Shown here piece by piece: positions 58,548 to 64,000 of a stretch of 64,000 nt of DNA; within the stretch, counting starts at the first letter, position 1, and the number at the start of each line of letters is the position of its first letter. The translations under genes were made by a program, and so were the position numbers. The notes beneath the pieces are model-generated. The model worked only from the letters and a program-made list of their open reading frames with translations, did not search any database and was not told where the DNA came from. Source of the stretch: Podarcis tiliguerta (Eukaryota); the NCBI GenBank assembly GCA_965153285.1, contig OZ229112.1, one strand, 5' to 3'.

Positions 58548-59991
58548 CTAATATAAATACAGAGAGAAATCAGAAGTTTTCTTTAAATAAATAAAATTAT
58601 ACAATAACAAGAACTTTTTTTCTATGAGCAAAATCCTATGTCTATTCAGAAGTAAACTCTATTGATTATGTTTAGGTGTCTCGTGAGATTTTGGTATACA
58701 TCTACGAAACACCCAACCACCATTTTTGAATGGTTTTGAAGAAAAGATATAAATGTGGCTTACCATTATGCAAATGGCAACTGGGCTGTAGTGTTAATAA
58801 CACTAAAAATGGGTTGGAGCCAAAGGCTCCTTTCTTCTGACCAATGGATTCTTGCTGCAATGGATGGATTCCCCTCGCCCCCCCCCCCCCAAAAAAGAAG
58901 AAGGAAACCTTTGGCCTCAACCCAGCATTTGCAACTATTGTAACACTTTTTGATTCCTAATTGTTATTTATGATTAATCGTTAGATACAGATAGCCATAA
59001 GCCTAGGTGTATTCAGCGTTGCAACGTATCTTTCTATTTATAAGCTGTGCTTGTCTTCTGTGGATTTGCTGTTGGTCATACAGGCAAGTTTTCCACAATG
59101 CTCAAATCACAATTCTCTCTCACTTTTTAGTCAGGATTTTCCCATTCTGCAGATAAGAATGACATCGGCATTCCCTGCCAGTGTGGAAGCTCCTTGGTGC
59201 ATTTGTCTGATGTTCCGATGGGCTGCTCTGTTGTCACAACCCCTAATTCTGTTTGCTGCTTACCTGGACATAATCTAGTCGTTTTGTTTCCAGCAGCCCA
59301 AATGATGTAAATGTGCCTATTTCTGCTGACTGCTATATGCTTAGGACATGCCCCAAAGATATCTGAAGACTGCAATTGCAGCACATATGTCAAGGAAGTC
59401 TTGCACAAAACCTTTATATGGTTTTTCTTAAAGATATACTGCAAGCCCCTGAAAAAACCAAATCTAAGCTGGAGGCCTCTGTTCATGCCTTGGAGTAAAA
59501 ATAAAAACATGGCACCATCAGATCATCTCTCCCATATCGCATGCAGGTCTATCCTAATTATAATAAAAGCCAATATTAAAAAGTAGGGGAAAAAGAGTAC
59601 TGCTCTCTGATTTGAGGGCATAGTGTGAGAAATTGTAGTGGACTAATAAATTCCCCTAGTCATTTCAGTCCTGAAAGGCTTATAAAGTGGGGGGGGGGGG
59701 AGTTTATGACAGTAAACCAGGTAAGGTTCCTTGGGAAGAGGATGCAATGAAGGTGCCACTACAGAGAAAGCTCTGTCCTTGTAGCAACAAGCTTAACTTA
59801 AGGAGGCAGAGGCATGGGAAGCAGGATCTCACCTGATTACATGAACAGATGAGGAAACTTATGGGGAAGAAGTTACTCCCTAAAATGTACGGTAACTATC
59901 TATTATGGGTGCATATCCTAGAAACCTTTATAGAAGCAAGCTGGAACCAGACAAAACATGCACATATGTAGATTCTTTTCAATCTCTCTTT

Positions 59992-60063
59992 CAGTTTATT
60001 GATGATTAGTAGGAGATTCCATTGCCAGTTTATTGATGATTAGTAGGAGATTCCATTGCCAGT
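59992..60063. repeat. Perfect 34-bp tandem duplication
   Basis: cagtttattgatgattagtaggagattccattgc x2 + cagt. Confidence 0.95.
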
Positions 60064-60206
60064 GTGGGAAAGTAAAAAAGAAGAAGGAATAAACAAGCTT
60101 GGGAAACCATGACACTTTGGGGGCGGAAAGAGAGGAGGGAGCAGGAAGCATGAATCAGGATTTGATTCACAGGCTTTACATGTATCAGTACAGGAGCAAA
60201 GACAGG

Positions 60207-60450
60207 GGCTGGATCTACACTCACCTTTTAAATGTTATTAGAACAATATTTAAAAATACCATCAAGGCTGAAAGTCCCATGCCACAAGGTCTACCTGTAT
60301 TTGGAAGGGGGTTGCTCTGCAGCGCCCTCTGGTGTCACACTTTAATAACGCATTATTAATGTTAAAAAAGAACGCCATGTGGCTATATGGTTATCAGAAC
60401 CACTCCATAACACTTTTTTATCATTAAAAACCATGAGTGTAGATACACCC
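60207..60450. mobile_element. PIF/Harbinger-like MITE
   Basis: TIR GGCTGGATCTACACT / AGTGTAGATACACCC; 3-bp TSD AGG. Confidence 0.7.
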
Positions 60451-61495
60451 AGGATTAAGAACAAGAGCTTGTCCCACAAGACCATGACTAGCCCAAGGAC
60501 CTTAAGTGACTAATCCCTACACTACACCACTGGGATTCCCGCAGCATGGTAATTGCAAAGCAAGTTTTCCATTTAGGTTTTGCATGCTTGACCCCAGAGC
60601 GACTGAACAAGCAAATGGAAAGTAATTATTACCAAAGTTAAATAGGAAAGAGCAAGTCAATTTATGTGCCACTTCAAGAACAGGCTTCAGAACCACCTAT
60701 GACTACCCAGGCTGACATCATTTAAACAAAGAACCCGCCCCTGCATATTACACTAGAATCCTTCCATCCTGCCCTTCTCTGGACTGGCAGCATTATGAGT
60801 AGTCCTGCATTGTCTATACTACAAATGTGAGAAGGAAAAGTAGCAGTGCAACCATGGAAACATTACCCAATGGCCTTTGTTAAGGAGTTCATTGTCCTTG
60901 AAAACATGCTAACTCAATACTGCACAATAATGGGCTGATCAACCTTAGGCATAAAGCTTCTGCACAAGATTAGTTGTTATTAATTCTAATGAATGTCTTT
61001 AACATTGCAATTCCTGTCCAATCTCATTATTAGATAAGCACAAGGGAACATGCATTAAGGCACACTTTAGAGTGCAAGGCCAGAGCCATTTTGTTGAATC
61101 TCTACCATTTGCAAGGTTTAGAAAAAAGCAGACCATTTAGTGCTAAGTATTCCTTACGAGGAAAGAAGAACAAAAACTGGAACTTCAGGGAAAGTATACT
61201 AAACGTAAATCTCATCAAATGAGTTGAAAGGATATTTCAATTTAAATACACATGGCTGTAATATTTCACATTATCATAAGGATATGTAGAAAACGTAAAT
61301 GGTTTTTTGTTTTGCGGATTATGCTCATGTTTCTACCTTTACAGGCAAAGGCCAAGTGCACATAGCTGTCCTTAAGCATTCAATAAATCTAACTCCTCAG
61401 TAGACTGTGGCCCCCAGTAGATTGTAGTCAGGAGAGTGCTTTTGGTCAATCTTCAAAACTACAGTAGGATATAAGGGAAAGGAAATCCTTTAGGT

Positions 61496-61608
61496 CAATG
61501 GTTCCCAATTAGCTAAGTACTCTAGAATCCCTGTTTTTCAAAAGCCAAGCCATGGACCCCCTACTTTTGAAAGGTTGATATCCGCAGACCACCAATTGGG
61601 AACAACTG
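61496..61608. mobile_element. hAT-type MITE
   Basis: Perfect 8-bp TSD ctttaggt; TIR CAATGGTTCCCAATT / AATTGGGAACAACTG. Confidence 0.88.
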
Positions 61609-64000
61609 CTTTAGGTAACTAGAGCTTTACTTCAGGCATCTTGAATTATTATGGCAAGTTTCAAATTCTGGAAATACAGACTTTAATCATGAAACATCTT
61701 ACTGCATGATCGATGAGTAAGCATTGGTAGAAGGAACAGAATACATAAATAAATTTCTCCAGATCTATCAACAGCTTTTCCTATCATGCTTACTTACAGA
61801 TTAAGGGTACTTCTAAATATACATGCTTCAAACTCATGTGATGGTTTTACATTTCCAATCTGAGATATGGCCTAGCTGATCTGAAAGCCAGGAAGAAGTT
61901 AAGATAAATGAATGGATACATTAAAAGTGCAAGGGGAAAAGCTCACGCTTGGTGGAAACAGATGCTTGACTAAGGGTATGTGTATGAAAGATCTATATAG
62001 TATCAGAAAGCCCTCAGCATAGACACAAGACAAAGCAAGCAGTACACGCAGGTCCCATTATCCACCCACTTGTTATGTGAAAATTCACTTATCCAAACAC
62101 AAAAATTTTGCCAAGCTTTGCTATATACTCCATGAGTTCAGATATCCGAACAGTCAAAGTTTGCCCGCTTCTTTACTTGTTTGTGCTTGGCAGGTAGGCA
62201 GCAGCCATTTTCAGGCAGATACTATGGGGGCGGGTAATGTAGGGGAGATCGGACCAATCAGAGAGCAGGATAGAGTGGACAAAACAGTTTTTCCTTTGTT
62301 TCTTTTGATGGTTGGCTGTAGCCATTTTAAGAAGAAACCATAATGGGAAGGGAGAGAGAGATCATGGCTTAGAAATGGCCTCATAGGGAAGAATGGAAAT
62401 CATCAGCTTGTTATGTGAACACTCACCTAACAAACAATTTCCTGGGAATACTGTGTTTGGAAAGTGGGACCTGCGTGTATATCTGTGGTCATGTCCGCAA
62501 TGAAATAGATAATCAGATTTCACAACGTGAAAAGGTATCTCTTACCACAATATGTAGCCAACCGAAAAGGTGCACACAGCAACCAAGCCACAGGTCCTGC
62601 TGGGATATTCATGATGTGTTGTTCTCATCTCAATTAATATAAAAGGCAAAACGGTTGTATGCTAGGATGAAAACAAAATGGTAGAAAACAGTTCATGCAT
62701 GAACTTTCCAAATGTCCATAATAAAAATATTATCGAATATTTCTAGGATAATCTATAATGAGTAATGAGCACTTTACAACTAAACTTAACTATTTCCATT
62801 CTTTAATTCCAGCTGAACAGTAAGGGTTAACTCTTCCACTGAAATTAATGGGATACAGCACAATTCTGTTGCATTTCATCCGAAGTAAGTTTCACTGTGG
62901 TCAATAGGGTTTACTCCTTAGCATTTAGGATTCCAGCCCTAGAAGTGCTTAACTTTAACTGGATAATGTCCAACATATTTTTAGGATATGGCAGAAGATT
63001 TTCAAAGACATCTTTCTTTTTTAAGCTTACCTAGAAAAAGGCTGCTTCGATCAACATTTTCAATAAAACAGGAACAGTCAGTCTGTCCTCTGGCAGAGGA
63101 GAAACTTGATTCCTGCTGAGCTGTATTTTGTGGTTTCAGGTTCACAGCTAATAGGGCAGAATCAGCATAAATCTAAGCATTTAGATGCTGCAAGCTGTGA
63201 TCAGGAGGTTAACTGAATAGTAAACCAATAATAGTGGACATTGGGAAAAGAGCATTATATGCAAAGGGTGGAGCTAGCTATTAGAAGAAACGTGGAACTG
63301 CTTAGCAGTTACTGCTACCAATCAATTCTTTCTTCTTCCCACCAATGGCCCCGTTTGCACATAACTCTAAACCATAAAACTATGGTTTAATAAGCTACAG
63401 TGTTCACGAACTGCATGCTAGTGCAAGCAGACTGAATGGTCCTACTTTGCTCCTCCCTTCGTGTGAGTAGATAAACAAACCATGAAGTGGACAGCTTAGC
63501 ACAACAGCCTAAACTGGGATTGTGATTTGTTTTATCCCAGCACATCCACAATCCCTAACCACCTTAAATCATGATTGTTCTTGATTTAACAACAATGTGC
63601 TTATTAGGGTGAAACGAAGCGTGATCCTACGACCAGACACCATGCCAAGCTCTCCACCTAGTAGTTTGCTGACATGATCATGAAAATGGAAGAGCAAGGC
63701 AGGAGTTACCAGGCTACATGCACCAGCACAGAACCCCTATTCATATGGGTTATCAAGGCCAAAGTTATGTGTGAACATAGCCATTTGCAAAGGACAACCC
63801 CTGATAGTATGCCATTAGACTGTGCATTTCTCTGCTCTCATCTCTCATGCCGCGGGGAAGGCAAAATGCAGAGCACGTGGGCATCACGTCACATGCTGTC
63901 TTATACCTTATGCTGATGATTTTTCAACAGAAGAGCTTTAAAAGACACACGAAACACCTATGCTATTATAACACACTTGGCTGGGAAGAAGACAAAAAGA

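Noticed and set aside
58548-64000. Further AIG1 exons
   Set aside because: No match found to the preceding exon ([14 protein letters not shown]..-like); the region appears to be one long intron continuing beyond the window.

Overview
Vertebrate nuclear DNA from a squamate reptile. The Sauria-type SINE and MITE set suggests a lacertid lizard (inference). The window holds the conserved amniote block FUCA2(+, last 4 exons) >< PEX3(-, complete, 12 exons, 373 aa) <> ADAT2(+, complete, 6 exons, 182 aa) ... >< AIG1(-, last 2 exons). PEX3 and ADAT2 share a CpG-island bidirectional promoter, with 259 bp between their ATGs. The ADAT2-AIG1 intergenic region contains a decayed, intronless PMPCA retrocopy interrupted by a Sauria SINE, plus L1/CR1/L2 fragments and many MITEs. 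Most notable observations: (1) ADAT2 intron 3 is a U12-type intron that appears to need a non-canonical GT-AT boundary, with no usable AG; (2) an orphan hairpin at ~30.8 kb has pri-miRNA geometry; (3) a 1.8-kb TA-flanked non-autonomous DNA transposon carries captured host DNA and a tandem hairpin/G-tract array; (4) a MITE contains a 41-bp copy of nearby intron sequence; (5) a Harbinger-like MITE carries a strong CTCF motif. I see no evidence for a new multi-gene system. Almost all entries in the ORF track are chance ORFs or repeat-derived. Gene identities come from recalled vertebrate protein sequences; no database search was run.
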